DNA of 64,000 nt from a virus. The notes beneath the pieces were generated by a model. The model did not search any database, was not told where the DNA came from, and saw only the letters and a program-made list of their open reading frames with translations. Each line of letters begins with the position of its first letter. The first letter of the stretch is position 1. Shown piece after piece: positions 10,874-20,997 of the stretch. Both the position numbers and the translations under genes were made by a program. Location: positions 11,619 to 75,618 of the IMG/VR virus record IMGVR_UViG_3300050821_023931; one strand, written 5' to 3'.

Positions 10874-11821
10874 ATGATTCACAATTTTGGTGATGATATT
10901 ATTTTATATGAAGGTGATATGTTAGAATTATCACCTAAATATATCAAAGATTCCAGTGTTGAACTTTTGTTGGTAGACCCTCCGTACAATATTGGAAAAG
11001 ATGGTAAAGATGGTTGGGATACTTTTGTTTCTGAGGCAGCATATTATGATTTTTTATCAAAAGTATTTAAAGAAGCTGATCGTATATTAAAACCTTCTGG
11101 TACAGTTTATATTTTTCATCAGAAATTTAAAGACTTGTGTTGGATACATGATCATCTGACAAAAGTGTACAAGTTCAATTTTAAGCAGTTGATCACTTGG
11201 AATAAAAAATTTAATGGGTGTCGGCTGGAAGGATATCTTGAGGGATATACATCACAAGTAAATAAGAATAGAAATTATCCAACAATGTCGGAGAATATAT
11301 TATTCTTTTCTAAACAGCCCGATCATTTTGAAAACCCATTTGTGAGAGTGATGAAAGAAAATATGAAAAAGTTAAACTTGACTCAAACTCATTTAAGTAA
11401 ACTTATAAAAACTAGGAATGGAAAAAAAAGTGGTTGGTCATCCACAAAACTAAACGGTAGACAACTTCCTACACGAGATCAATGGAAAAAACTTTGTGAA
11501 TATTTTCGGATAGAAGATAAGTACGACTTATTGATAAATATGTATGAAGAAGAAAGATATTATTTTTCTTGTCAGGGTGAGTTACACTCTGTATGGAATT
11601 ATTCTATAGATTTTGATAGCTGGCATGTCTCAGCAAAACCGATTACTTTATATCAAAGTATTTTTCGTCATTCATATAGGCCTGGAAGTCTAATTGTTGA
11701 TTTATTCTGTGGTTCGGGTAGTGTTATCGCTGCCAGTCTAAAAGAAGCTTGTAAATTAATCACTTTTGAAAATAAATCTGAATATGTTAAAAATATAATA
11801 TCTGATTTATTGGAAGATTAA
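10874..11821 (+). CDS. DNA amino-methyltransferase (N6-A/N4-C, beta class) with inserted HTH-like region
   Basis: DPPY near N-terminus, H..AKP and DLFCGSGS near C-terminus; central MKKLNLTQTHLSKL...QLPTRDQWKKL segment resembles XRE-HTH. Confidence 0.9.
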   Translation: MIHNFGDDIILYEGDMLELSPKYIKDSSVELLLVDPPYNIGKDGKDGWDTFVSEAAYYDFLSKVFKEADRILKPSGTVYIFHQKFKDLCWIHDHLTKVYKFNFKQLITWNKKFNGCRLEGYLEGYTSQVNKNRNYPTMSENILFFSKQPDHFENPFVRVMKENMKKLNLTQTHLSKLIKTRNGKKSGWSSTKLNGRQLPTRDQWKKLCEYFRIEDKYDLLINMYEEERYYFSCQGELHSVWNYSIDFDSWHVSAKPITLYQSIFRHSYRPGSLIVDLFCGSGSVIAASLKEACKLITFENKSEYVKNIISDLLED

Positions 11822-11838
11822 AAATTAAGATATATGTA

Positions 11839-13386
11839 ATGCCTAAACCAAGAGGATATTGGACTAAAGAAAAATGTCATACAGAAGCCTTAAAATATAA
11901 AACAAGGAAAGAATTTGTTGAAAATGCTAAAAGTGCATATACATCAGCTTATAAAAATGATTGGATAAAGGATATTTGTTCTCATATGGAATATCATGGT
12001 ACACGATTTATTCGTTGTGTTTATGTATATGAGTTTGTTGATAATTACGTTTATGTTGGTTTAACATATAATACTAAAAGAAGAGATAAAGAACATAAAA
12101 ATGGTTTGAAAAGTGCTGTTTATAAACATATTAAAGAAACTGGGTTAATACCAAATTTCATACCAGGTGATTATATTCCCGTAGAAGAAGCACAAAAATT
12201 AGAAGGGGAAACAGTTCAGAAATATAAACTAAATGGTTGGTGTATATTGAACAAAGCAAAAACAGGTAATTTAGGTGGTAGTGTTTTAATATGGAACAAA
12301 GAAAAATGTGCTCAAGAAGCCCTAAAGTTTAATAGTAGAAATATTTTCAGAATAAATTCTAAATCATATAGAGCAGCTCTTGCAAACGGTTGGTTAAATG
12401 AAATTTGTCAACATATGACCGAAGGGAATAAACCAATAACTTATTGGACTAAAGAAAAATGTCATGAAGAAGCTTTGAAATATAAACATAAAACAGTTTT
12501 TGAAAAATCATCTACTAGTGCTTATCGAGTTTCTTGTGAAAATGGTTGGTATAAAGAAATTTGTTCCCATATGGAAGTGATAATTAAACCAGATGGATAC
12601 TGGACAAAAGAAGCATGTAAAGAGGAAGCTGTGAAATACAAATCAAGAACAACATTCTTTAAAAACTCTATAAGTGCTTATAAAGCAGCTTATAGAAGTG
12701 GTTGTTTAAATGAAATTTGTCAGCATATGGTTTCAAACAAAAAACCTAATGGTTACTGGGGTAAAGAAAATTGTGCTGAAGAAGCTTTGAAATATAAATC
12801 AAGAAGTGAGTTTTATAAAAAATCTGGTGCTGCTTATAATTCAGCACATAAAAACAAATGGCTTGAAGAAATTTGTACACATATGGAATATTTACAAAAA
12901 CCTAATGGTTTTTGGAATAAAGAACGTTGTCGAGAAGAAGCTTTGAAATACAAAAATAAAAATGAATTTATTATATCATCCAAAGCTGGTTATTCTAAAG
13001 CATCTAAAAATGGTTGGTTAGACGAAATATGTTCTCATATGATATCAATAAGAAAATTTAGTGGTTATTGGACATATGATAAATGTAAAGAAGAGGCTTT
13101 GAAATACAATACAAAGAATGATTTTTATATAAATTCAAAGGGTGCTTATCTATCAGCTTATAGAAAGGGATGGTATGAAGAAATATGTTCTCATATGGTT
13201 TCACCATTAAAACCAAATGGTTACTGGACATACCAAACATGTAAAGAAGAGGCTTTGAAATACAAAACAAATGTAGAATTTAGAAAAAAAATGTCTGGGG
13301 CTTACAATGTAGCTTATAAAAACAGTTGGTTAGATGAAATATGTTCTCATATGATTCCACCAAAAAATAAAAGAAAATCTAAATAA
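11839..13386 (+). CDS. GIY-YIG endonuclease with eight ~52-aa tandem repeats (1 N-terminal + 7 C-terminal); homing-endonuclease-like
   Basis: VYVYEF...VYVGLT...RRDKEH...LE...LN GIY-YIG signature; repeat YWTKEKCxEEALKYxxxxEFxxxSxxAYxxAxKNGWLxEICSHM. Confidence 0.8.
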   Translation: MPKPRGYWTKEKCHTEALKYKTRKEFVENAKSAYTSAYKNDWIKDICSHMEYHGTRFIRCVYVYEFVDNYVYVGLTYNTKRRDKEHKNGLKSAVYKHIKETGLIPNFIPGDYIPVEEAQKLEGETVQKYKLNGWCILNKAKTGNLGGSVLIWNKEKCAQEALKFNSRNIFRINSKSYRAALANGWLNEICQHMTEGNKPITYWTKEKCHEEALKYKHKTVFEKSSTSAYRVSCENGWYKEICSHMEVIIKPDGYWTKEACKEEAVKYKSRTTFFKNSISAYKAAYRSGCLNEICQHMVSNKKPNGYWGKENCAEEALKYKSRSEFYKKSGAAYNSAHKNKWLEEICTHMEYLQKPNGFWNKERCREEALKYKNKNEFIISSKAGYSKASKNGWLDEICSHMISIRKFSGYWTYDKCKEEALKYNTKNDFYINSKGAYLSAYRKGWYEEICSHMVSPLKPNGYWTYQTCKEEALKYKTNVEFRKKMSGAYNVAYKNSWLDEICSHMIPPKNKRKSK

Positions 13387-13438
13387 ACTTACTTTTAACT
13401 TCTGAACAGAATACATATATAAAGACTTTGTCTGATAT

Positions 13439-13801
13439 ATGGTGAAAGAGGACTTAAATAACTTCAAAGATATAGTAAAGCCTTTCGTGAGTTATTTTAA
13501 ATCTCTAGTAGATCATGATGATTATCTTATACTTTATAGAAAATGGGCTCTTTGTAATTTAAATCTTGATACACTCATTGATGTGATAGGTGACACAAAT
13601 CAAGAAATAAAAGTACAAACACCTCTTAAAGTTCTTCTTGATTATTACAGATTTTTTGAAATTAAAAACAAACTTTTTCTAACTGATTTATCTATTTCTG
13701 AATTACAAACTAATTGGATTAAACTATTAGAATACAGAAATATATGTATAAAAAATACTATTCTAATGAATCTTTATTATCATGATTCGTTAGATCTTTA
13801 A
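13439..13801 (+). CDS. Hypothetical protein
   Basis: 120-aa ORF preceded by TAACTT-N13-ATATATAA. Confidence 0.65.
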   Translation: MVKEDLNNFKDIVKPFVSYFKSLVDHDDYLILYRKWALCNLNLDTLIDVIGDTNQEIKVQTPLKVLLDYYRFFEIKNKLFLTDLSISELQTNWIKLLEYRNICIKNTILMNLYYHDSLDL

Positions 13802-14534
13802 TTCGAACCATCCAATTTTTCTGTCCCCTTTTTTCTAACTCAAATCCAGGCACAAACTTTTTTGTCATAAATTTAACCAATGTTGTTTTAGCTGCTTTTA
13901 AATTAGAGTAATGATGTCCAACGGTTTCAACCATAAGATTAAATTCGTATTCATCTTTATCTTTTAAAAATTCATTGATTCTATTAATGGTACCTTTGAA
14001 TACAGTAAAAAATTCTCCTTTGTTATTACCAGCTATTGACTCTTTTTGTTCTTCATAAACATTGGGAAGTTTATATCTAGGTTGTTTTGGTTCCGGATCA
14101 TGACGAACTTTTATGGTTTGTCCAAAAAAGAATTCATCTTCACTCATTACACCATACCAATCTTTATTTCTTCTTAAATCAACTTCAATTAAACCAATAT
14201 CAAGGAAATCTTTACATATAGAAGCTGCTAATTCTAAATCGCTGTGATCTTTCTTTTGTATATAAAACATAGGTACAACGACTGATACCTTATGTAAATG
14301 TTTTGACCAATTGTTTGCTTGACATATTACTTTAAAGCAAAAAGATGATTTAACTTCTAATCCCCAAAATATACCATCTTTTACCGCTAAAATATCTATT
14401 CTTTTATCACCACCGGTTCCACTCATAGATACTTCCTTGTAAACGGTCCAACCAAGAAACTCTAAATATTTTACGGCTCTAGCAGCCAAGTCAGATTCCG
14501 TAAATTTTGCTGTTTTCTTAATTTTAGCTGACAT
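13758..14534 (-). CDS. PD-(D/E)XK nuclease-family protein
   Basis: VYKEV...RIDILAVK...GLEVKSS...QA motif. Confidence 0.75.
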   Translation of the reverse strand: MSAKIKKTAKFTESDLAARAVKYLEFLGWTVYKEVSMSGTGGDKRIDILAVKDGIFWGLEVKSSFCFKVICQANNWSKHLHKVSVVVPMFYIQKKDHSDLELAASICKDFLDIGLIEVDLRRNKDWYGVMSEDEFFFGQTIKVRHDPEPKQPRYKLPNVYEEQKESIAGNNKGEFFTVFKGTINRINEFLKDKDEYEFNLMVETVGHHYSNLKAAKTTLVKFMTKKFVPGFELEKRGQKNWMVRIKDLTNHDNKDSLE

Positions 14535-14620
14535 CTATATTTTTAATGTTTCTTTATATAGAAAGCTCATATGGTTCCAAAAGTTATTTTTAATATATAC
14601 TTTCAAACTTTCTAAAATTA

Positions 14621-17600
14621 ATGGCTATTAACATTGCTGATTATGGTGATCCTGGTATAATTATAAACGAAAAGGATTTTTCTCTATATACGATTTCAGG
14701 TTCTGATAATAACGTAACTACGCTTATTATTGGTGTTAGTCGTCAAGGACCTATGAATCTACCTATTCAAGTTAATTCTCCAGAAAATTTTGAGGAGATC
14801 TTCGGATCGTTAGACCGGACTTTGGAGAGAAAAGGATCATTCTTTCATCAAACCGTTGAAAACTTACTAGCTAGTGGTTCCACTGTTACTTGTATCAATC
14901 TTTTATTGACAGACCCCCAATTTGATTTATATAATTGGATGTCTTTCTCAACGACAGCTTTTGTTCAAAATTCACCTGTTCGTAGTAATGCTGTAGATAG
15001 TTTTTATGATAAGAGAGGATTCTGGAAAAGATCTCCGGATCAATTATTAACGGTAGCAAATAATAGTTCGGTTGATGCAAACCCGAGACTTTTTAACCTA
15101 GTCAATATGGGTGGTAAGGCTGTATCAGTTCTTATCAGACAATCGGCAAACAAAAATTTTGATATTACTTTAGAAGATTGGTATGGTGGTCGTCATTTGG
15201 TACCTAATTATCTTCATCCACTAGATTTTGTTTCAGATTACCTGGTAGAAATGTTTGTTTTTGAGGGAAGATGGGATAATTATAGAGTATTATCAACAGA
15301 TCCTAAATTAGGTAAATACTTTAATTCTAATGGTCTTAAAAAAGAACTAATTCAAAATTTTGTAAATGAAAAAAGTTCTAATTTTATACAAAGATATGAA
15401 GGAACTTTTATTCCATATTTTGCTGATATTAAAGGTAATGATATGTGGCTTCCTAGTCTTGTTAATGATGATATTGATACATTAGGTATTTTAGTAGTCC
15501 AGGATATAGATAAGTTTGAAATGAGTAATCCATCTGATTATATGGTTGATATTCTTGGGGCCAGTCTTGAAGAAAATAGAACTGATGTAATAGATTTCCT
15601 TTCATATAAAGAAAATATTGTTGATTTACTTGTTTTAGATGAGATGATGGTCGATCAGATTGGTAATGATTTTGGTTTTGATTTAACAGGTTATTTAGGT
15701 TCTACTTCTGGAACTTATTATGCAGGAAGAAGGATTGGTTATGCTGAGGGGTATGTACAAGGTTGTCGTCTAAAACCTCTTATATTAAGTTCTACTGGAA
15801 CAGTAACTGTTAATCCGTTCGATTGTGATACTGAAGCTTATGTTATTTTTAAAGGTCAACAATTTACTTTAAGTGATGATATTAGTTATGTATTTGCCTT
15901 GCATGAAAACATATCAACGAACATGCAAGCTTTGATGTTGTTTTATGTAGACATTACTGGTATTCATATGACTATTGGTGCTCAATCTTCTATAAATGGA
16001 TCTATGAAATTTCCTTATATGGATCCTGACAACACGTTAGTCCTTGGATATTATAGATTTTATCAGATTGGTTTACAGTATTACATAGAACTTCCTGTAG
16101 GAGTAACAATAGATATTAATGGTTTTATATTACCGTATAGATTAGGTAGTGAGACAGCACCAAAGATACATTTTCAAGATGTTCCGTATGCTTGGCAGAT
16201 TAATTTATATTTTGAAAATGTAAAAACAGTTACTGGATACGATTATAATGTTAACCGAATATATTATTTATGGTCCATATTATCACAAAAGTTAGTTCAG
16301 AAAGTATCCATGGTTCTTGATGTAAATAGTAATAAGAAAGTTATTAATTTTATTGAACCTGGTGATGATAATACAGGAAGATGGCTTAGAATAGGTGTGC
16401 TCGATACAACAGCAAATATTAGAGATACTATTTCTGTGAATTTAGAATTAGCTATTTATTTTGCTGACGTTGATTTTATATTCCAAGATGAAAATATATT
16501 AAGAACTACAGATAATCCATTTGTGATTGGTCAAGATGGTATCGTGGGTAGAGACAGTATGCTTTATCAAGCTTATAAGCAGAGTTTTGTTAATACTGGT
16601 GATCACTTCTTTTTAGAATTGGCTACTGAAATTAATACACAGTTTATTTTTGATAATGGTAATAATTTGCTTGTGTTACAAACGGGACCTATTGAAAATT
16701 ATCTCAATCTTAAAATATTTGTATACGGTTCACAATATAACGATGGTGAGTTTAATGTTATTGGAGAGACTTATTATAATAATTATTATGCTTTGGTTTT
16801 AGATAAACCTATTGTTGCTGAATCTGTGGCGGAATTAGGAATTTTTGATGCTTCAGTTTTACAGTATTTAAATTTGTATATGGTAAATGATATACTTTAT
16901 GCTGACTATAAAGTTGATCCTAACCAAACTGAAGTTTTTCAAAATATAGTTAAACCAAACAATCCTAATAGTTTTAGAAAAACTGTTGAGATACAGCAAA
17001 TACTTAATAACAACATAATACTTGTAGATGCTACTAAATATGTTAATTTATTAAATGTTGGTGATTTCTTACTAGCTGATACAACTAGTGATCCATTTTA
17101 CAGCGAACAAGGCTTTAGAAAAAGGGATTGGGTTAGAATTATTGATATTGTAGCTTATGCACAAAATACTAGTTGGTTGTTAATTGAAGCTGATGCTGCT
17201 ATTAATATAACTAATCTTAATGGTAGTCTTCAAACTACAGGTTTTGTAAAAGTTGAAAATTATGTGAATACTTATAATTTACATACATTCGATGGTTTTA
17301 AAGTAAGACCAGAATCTATGCCGGATGGTACAGAAACAAGACTTAACGATATTCTTAATTTAGTTGCTCCAGGAACTAAATTGTTCGATCAAATTACTGA
17401 TCCAGAGATATTGGAATGGCGATATTTGGTAGATTCGTTTGGTCTTGGACTTACAACAAATTGTAAACAACAATTGGCTGACATTTGTGGGGCAAAAACA
17501 TTAGGTTTAGGCTTCCTGAATTTACCTTCTGCAAAAAGTTTTAAAAAATCAACAAGTCCAACATTTACAGATCCTACCTATGGTAATCTTTCTATTCAGC

Positions 17601-18325
17601 AAATAGTTAATGGTGGTTCAAGGGTTACTTCGGGAAGTTTCCAATTTGGTTTAGCTGATGGTGTAGGTATAAGTAATGTTGCTTATTTCTTCCCTTATGT
17701 TATTATCAATGATGATGGAAGGCCATCTTTTGTTCCTCCGGCCAGCTTTGCTGCTAGTTTATTCTTATCAAAATATACTACTAGAGATAGTCAAATTACA
17801 CCATGGACGATTATGGCTGGTGCTGATCGAGGATTTATAGCTGGGATAGCTGGTACAGAAATGGAGTTTACACAAAACGATTTGAATCTATTAAATCTAT
17901 TAAGAGTAAATCCTATACAAACACATCTTACTAAATTCTATGCTATAGCCTCTGATAACACAGCTGAATCTAAGAATAGTGTTTTAGGTAATATACATGT
18001 TCGTGAGGCTTTAATAAGTTTAGAAAGTTCATTAAGATCAATGCTTAAATCTTTCCAATGGAAATTCAGTATACCTTCAGTACGAGCTGAAATTCTTAGA
18101 CAAGCTAATAATATATGTCAGAATTATTTTACACAAAATGCTATAGCTAATTATAAAAATATATGTGATGAAACGAATAATACACCAGATCTTATTGATG
18201 CACAGATAGGTGTTTTGGATACTTTTGTTGAACCAATAGCTGGAATGGGAACGATTGTTTTAAATATTGGTGTTGATAAAACTGGCGGAATTCAAGTAAA
18301 TGAGACAACTTCACAAATTTTTTAA
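14621..18325 (+). CDS. Contractile tail sheath protein (T4 gp18-like, enlarged)
   Basis: N-terminal PGIIINEKDFS, GVSRQGPMNLP, FEEIFG; C-terminal PW..AG..RG, RVNPI, NIHVRE, ICDETNNTPDLID, FVEP. Confidence 0.92.
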   Translation: MAINIADYGDPGIIINEKDFSLYTISGSDNNVTTLIIGVSRQGPMNLPIQVNSPENFEEIFGSLDRTLERKGSFFHQTVENLLASGSTVTCINLLLTDPQFDLYNWMSFSTTAFVQNSPVRSNAVDSFYDKRGFWKRSPDQLLTVANNSSVDANPRLFNLVNMGGKAVSVLIRQSANKNFDITLEDWYGGRHLVPNYLHPLDFVSDYLVEMFVFEGRWDNYRVLSTDPKLGKYFNSNGLKKELIQNFVNEKSSNFIQRYEGTFIPYFADIKGNDMWLPSLVNDDIDTLGILVVQDIDKFEMSNPSDYMVDILGASLEENRTDVIDFLSYKENIVDLLVLDEMMVDQIGNDFGFDLTGYLGSTSGTYYAGRRIGYAEGYVQGCRLKPLILSSTGTVTVNPFDCDTEAYVIFKGQQFTLSDDISYVFALHENISTNMQALMLFYVDITGIHMTIGAQSSINGSMKFPYMDPDNTLVLGYYRFYQIGLQYYIELPVGVTIDINGFILPYRLGSETAPKIHFQDVPYAWQINLYFENVKTVTGYDYNVNRIYYLWSILSQKLVQKVSMVLDVNSNKKVINFIEPGDDNTGRWLRIGVLDTTANIRDTISVNLELAIYFADVDFIFQDENILRTTDNPFVIGQDGIVGRDSMLYQAYKQSFVNTGDHFFLELATEINTQFIFDNGNNLLVLQTGPIENYLNLKIFVYGSQYNDGEFNVIGETYYNNYYALVLDKPIVAESVAELGIFDASVLQYLNLYMVNDILYADYKVDPNQTEVFQNIVKPNNPNSFRKTVEIQQILNNNIILVDATKYVNLLNVGDFLLADTTSDPFYSEQGFRKRDWVRIIDIVAYAQNTSWLLIEADAAINITNLNGSLQTTGFVKVENYVNTYNLHTFDGFKVRPESMPDGTETRLNDILNLVAPGTKLFDQITDPEILEWRYLVDSFGLGLTTNCKQQLADICGAKTLGLGFLNLPSAKSFKKSTSPTFTDPTYGNLSIQQIVNGGSRVTSGSFQFGLADGVGISNVAYFFPYVIINDDGRPSFVPPASFAASLFLSKYTTRDSQITPWTIMAGADRGFIAGIAGTEMEFTQNDLNLLNLLRVNPIQTHLTKFYAIASDNTAESKNSVLGNIHVREALISLESSLRSMLKSFQWKFSIPSVRAEILRQANNICQNYFTQNAIANYKNICDETNNTPDLIDAQIGVLDTFVEPIAGMGTIVLNIGVDKTGGIQVNETTSQIF

Positions 18326-18344
18326 AATATTTTTTATTTTTTAT

Positions 18345-18370
18345 AAACTTTAATTGGATAGCCTATATAA
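18345..18370 (+). promoter_or_regulatory. Phage promoter motif AAACTT-N13-TATATAA
   Basis: Same motif and 13-nt spacing recur at 19527, 25773, 40414(-), 51626 and 52204. Confidence 0.7.
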
Positions 18371-18446
18371 ATATCACAAGGAACATGTTCGCTGCCCCTA
18401 ATTAAGGCCCTTTGGTAAATAACAAACATATAAACAATTAAATACT

Positions 18447-19460
18447 ATGAGTAAAGATCTATTTCGCTTAGACGCAAAGAAAACAACAAATTTTACGGAA
18501 CAAAAAAGTTTCGTACCAGAAGGTATTTATAAACCTTCTACAAAAACAGCTAAAGATGCACGTGAGGGTTATTCTTCAATAATCAGATTACTGCCTAATT
18601 TCACACAGAAAAAAGAAGTAGAGGATAATGCGATTCGTATTACTACTTTCTATGTAAACATAGAAGAATATCCGGAACTTAACGGAAAGATTTTTTCTAA
18701 AACAAACTTCGCTGAAAAATGTCCTCTTGGTACTCTTTACAAAAGATTAAAAGATAGTAAAAGTAGTGAGGATAATGATAAATGTGATTTATTCAAAAAA
18801 TCTACTAAATATTATTCTTATATTCTTGTAATAGAGGATGAAAATGCTCCTGATCTTGAAGGTAAAGTATTGATTTGGGAATTTGGTATCAAAATAAAAG
18901 AGAAAATCGATATTGAAATGAAGGGTAAAAACAGAAAAAAAGAATCATGTAATGTATATGATCTTGCTGTTGGAAAAGATCTTCAAATTCTTATCACTGG
19001 TGCTGGTCAAATGACTAATTATGATAAATGTGTATTTGTTGAACAACCATCACCTATTTTCTTAAAAGGAAAAGGTGTTATACCAACTGAAGAAGACGAA
19101 GATGGTAGAGTTATTATTGCTCAAGATATGCAAGAACCTCTTGTTAAATTTCTTCTTAAAAGAAAGAAAAATTTAGAAGAATTAGCACCTATTCCATGGG
19201 ATGATGAAATGGTTGATAAAGTAAATCAAGTAATGGAATACTTGAATGGTTCTACACCAATTGCTTCAGCCAAACAATCAATCAAGCAAGTTTCTTCTAA
19301 AAGAACAGTTGTTATTGATGACGAAGATGATGCTGATGCACCTGTTGAAAAACCTAAAGCTACAGCGAAAGCGAGTACTAAAGTAAATACTTCTACAGCA
19401 AAAGCTACAATGACAGCCAATCAATTCTTTGGTGATCTTGATGATGAGGATGATGAATAG
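18447..19460 (+). CDS. Single-stranded DNA-binding protein (T4 gp32-like)
   Basis: IIRLLP, CPL, YYSYILVIED...EGKVLIWEFGIKIKEKI, YDLAVGKD, NYDK; acidic tail FFGDLDDEDDE. Confidence 0.88.
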   Translation: MSKDLFRLDAKKTTNFTEQKSFVPEGIYKPSTKTAKDAREGYSSIIRLLPNFTQKKEVEDNAIRITTFYVNIEEYPELNGKIFSKTNFAEKCPLGTLYKRLKDSKSSEDNDKCDLFKKSTKYYSYILVIEDENAPDLEGKVLIWEFGIKIKEKIDIEMKGKNRKKESCNVYDLAVGKDLQILITGAGQMTNYDKCVFVEQPSPIFLKGKGVIPTEEDEDGRVIIAQDMQEPLVKFLLKRKKNLEELAPIPWDDEMVDKVNQVMEYLNGSTPIASAKQSIKQVSSKRTVVIDDEDDADAPVEKPKATAKASTKVNTSTAKATMTANQFFGDLDDEDDE

Positions 19461-19480
19461 TCTCTAGTAAAAAGTAATTT

Positions 19481-19523
19481 AACAAAAAAGGAATGTTTTA
19501 TTAAAAAACATTCCTTTTTTGTT
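19481..19523. terminator. Intrinsic terminator after SSB gene
   Basis: AACAAAAAAGGAATGTTTT...AAAACATTCCTTTTTTGTT long inverted repeat. Confidence 0.8.
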
Positions 19524-19573
19524 TGACAACTTTAAGCAGTTTAGCTATATAAATAAAAAGAAAAACTTGTAAT

Positions 19574-20743
19574 ATGTATTATAAATATAAGTTCGATGGA
19601 AAAGGTGAACCTAAAAAAATTATTAGAGAAGAAGGTGACTCTTATATAATGAGTGATGGTGCTCATATAAAAAAAGGACTTTTCGAAACGTTATTCACTA
19701 AATATGAAGGTAATATTAATGAATCAGTATCTATGTATCCTAATAATAACAATTTGAGAAATACTGGATTACCTGTAATTCATAATGCTGGAATGATAGA
19801 TGATGATTCACCTATAGATCCAGATACTTTTTTCAAACAGGGTGCTGTACAAATGCATAGTAGAATTGAATATGATAAAAACAATTTAGATAATCCTAAT
19901 TATCAAAATAAAATTAAACAGGAATCAAGAGACTTAGGTTCTATTGTATTAGATGAAAATGCTAGACATAAACTATACAACAATACTATTCCTAATCTGA
20001 ATGTGCAAGTAGGTCATTCTACTGATAGTGTAGTAAATCCTAATGAGTATGTATCACCTTATGGTTCAAATGTACAAAATATAAAAAAGAGCCAACTTAA
20101 TCCAATGGCTATGGACCCAATGTTTTCGGATGCTAAAATTGAAGGCTCTGTTAAAACAAATAATCCTGGATCTGTAATGCCTACTGTTAACAGCAGTACA
20201 TATCAACAAGATTTATATCTACAACAGCAACAGAATCAACAATCTTTTCAGAATCAACAGTCTGTTCAGAATCCTCTTTTTAAAAAAATGAAGAGAAAAC
20301 ATTCACATACATTTTCTATTAAATATACTAAGTTTATAGCAGATCCTGATTTTATTAAAATAATGGATTCTAATATGGAAGATAGTTTAGTTGAATTATT
20401 TGCTGAGGAATTTACAAATGAGGTGATGAAAGATCGTGCTACTATTAAACAAATGTTTATTGATGAGCTTGAACTTGTTGTGTATGGTAAGAAAAAGACT
20501 AAACCAAAAAAGATAGTTACTAAAAAATCGAAAACCGTTGAAATTGAAACGGAAAAGGAAACTGAAGTAACAATTGTTGAGTCTAAAAAAGATTTAAATA
20601 TAGATCCTATTTCAGGTAAGAGATTTGCACCAGTCGACCCAAGATATGCTCATTTGAATTTACCACCAGTTCTCGAAGATGACGATGATGATGGGACTAC
20701 AGTTACAATATTAAATGAAGGAATGTCAGAAGAATTAGAATAA
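19574..20743 (+). CDS. Hypothetical protein, largely low-complexity (N/Q-rich, acidic tail)
   Basis: 389-aa ORF with upstream CAACTT-N13-TATATAA; shares a short motif with 41424..42416. Confidence 0.8.
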   Translation: MYYKYKFDGKGEPKKIIREEGDSYIMSDGAHIKKGLFETLFTKYEGNINESVSMYPNNNNLRNTGLPVIHNAGMIDDDSPIDPDTFFKQGAVQMHSRIEYDKNNLDNPNYQNKIKQESRDLGSIVLDENARHKLYNNTIPNLNVQVGHSTDSVVNPNEYVSPYGSNVQNIKKSQLNPMAMDPMFSDAKIEGSVKTNNPGSVMPTVNSSTYQQDLYLQQQQNQQSFQNQQSVQNPLFKKMKRKHSHTFSIKYTKFIADPDFIKIMDSNMEDSLVELFAEEFTNEVMKDRATIKQMFIDELELVVYGKKKTKPKKIVTKKSKTVEIETEKETEVTIVESKKDLNIDPISGKRFAPVDPRYAHLNLPPVLEDDDDDGTTVTILNEGMSEELE

Positions 20744-20749
20744 TATAGT

Positions 20750-20947
20750 ATGAAAAAAACATCAACTTATATGACTTATTGTTTTAAATGTGATGAATAT
20801 TTATATTACTATCCAGCTAAACTAGTTTTAGAAACAACAAAAGATAGCATTATTAGTAACAGGACCAGAATAATTTCTCTTTCATGTAATACTTGTGGTA
20901 GAACTGGCAATTATGAATTTCCTGAAGAGTTTGAAAAGATAAATTAG
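20750..20947 (+). CDS. Small zinc-ribbon protein
   Basis: CFKC...CNTC. Confidence 0.6.
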   Translation: MKKTSTYMTYCFKCDEYLYYYPAKLVLETTKDSIISNRTRIISLSCNTCGRTGNYEFPEEFEKIN

Positions 20948-20997
20948 TATATCAGAAAGAATTATTCAGATAAATACAATAAATTATTTAAGTCATA

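Noticed and set aside
11839-13386. CRISPR array suggested by ~156-nt periodic DNA repeats (also 38848-40383)
   Set aside because: The repeats are degenerate, in frame and protein-coding, with no identical repeats separated by unique spacers and no cas genes. No CRISPR array was seen in the window.
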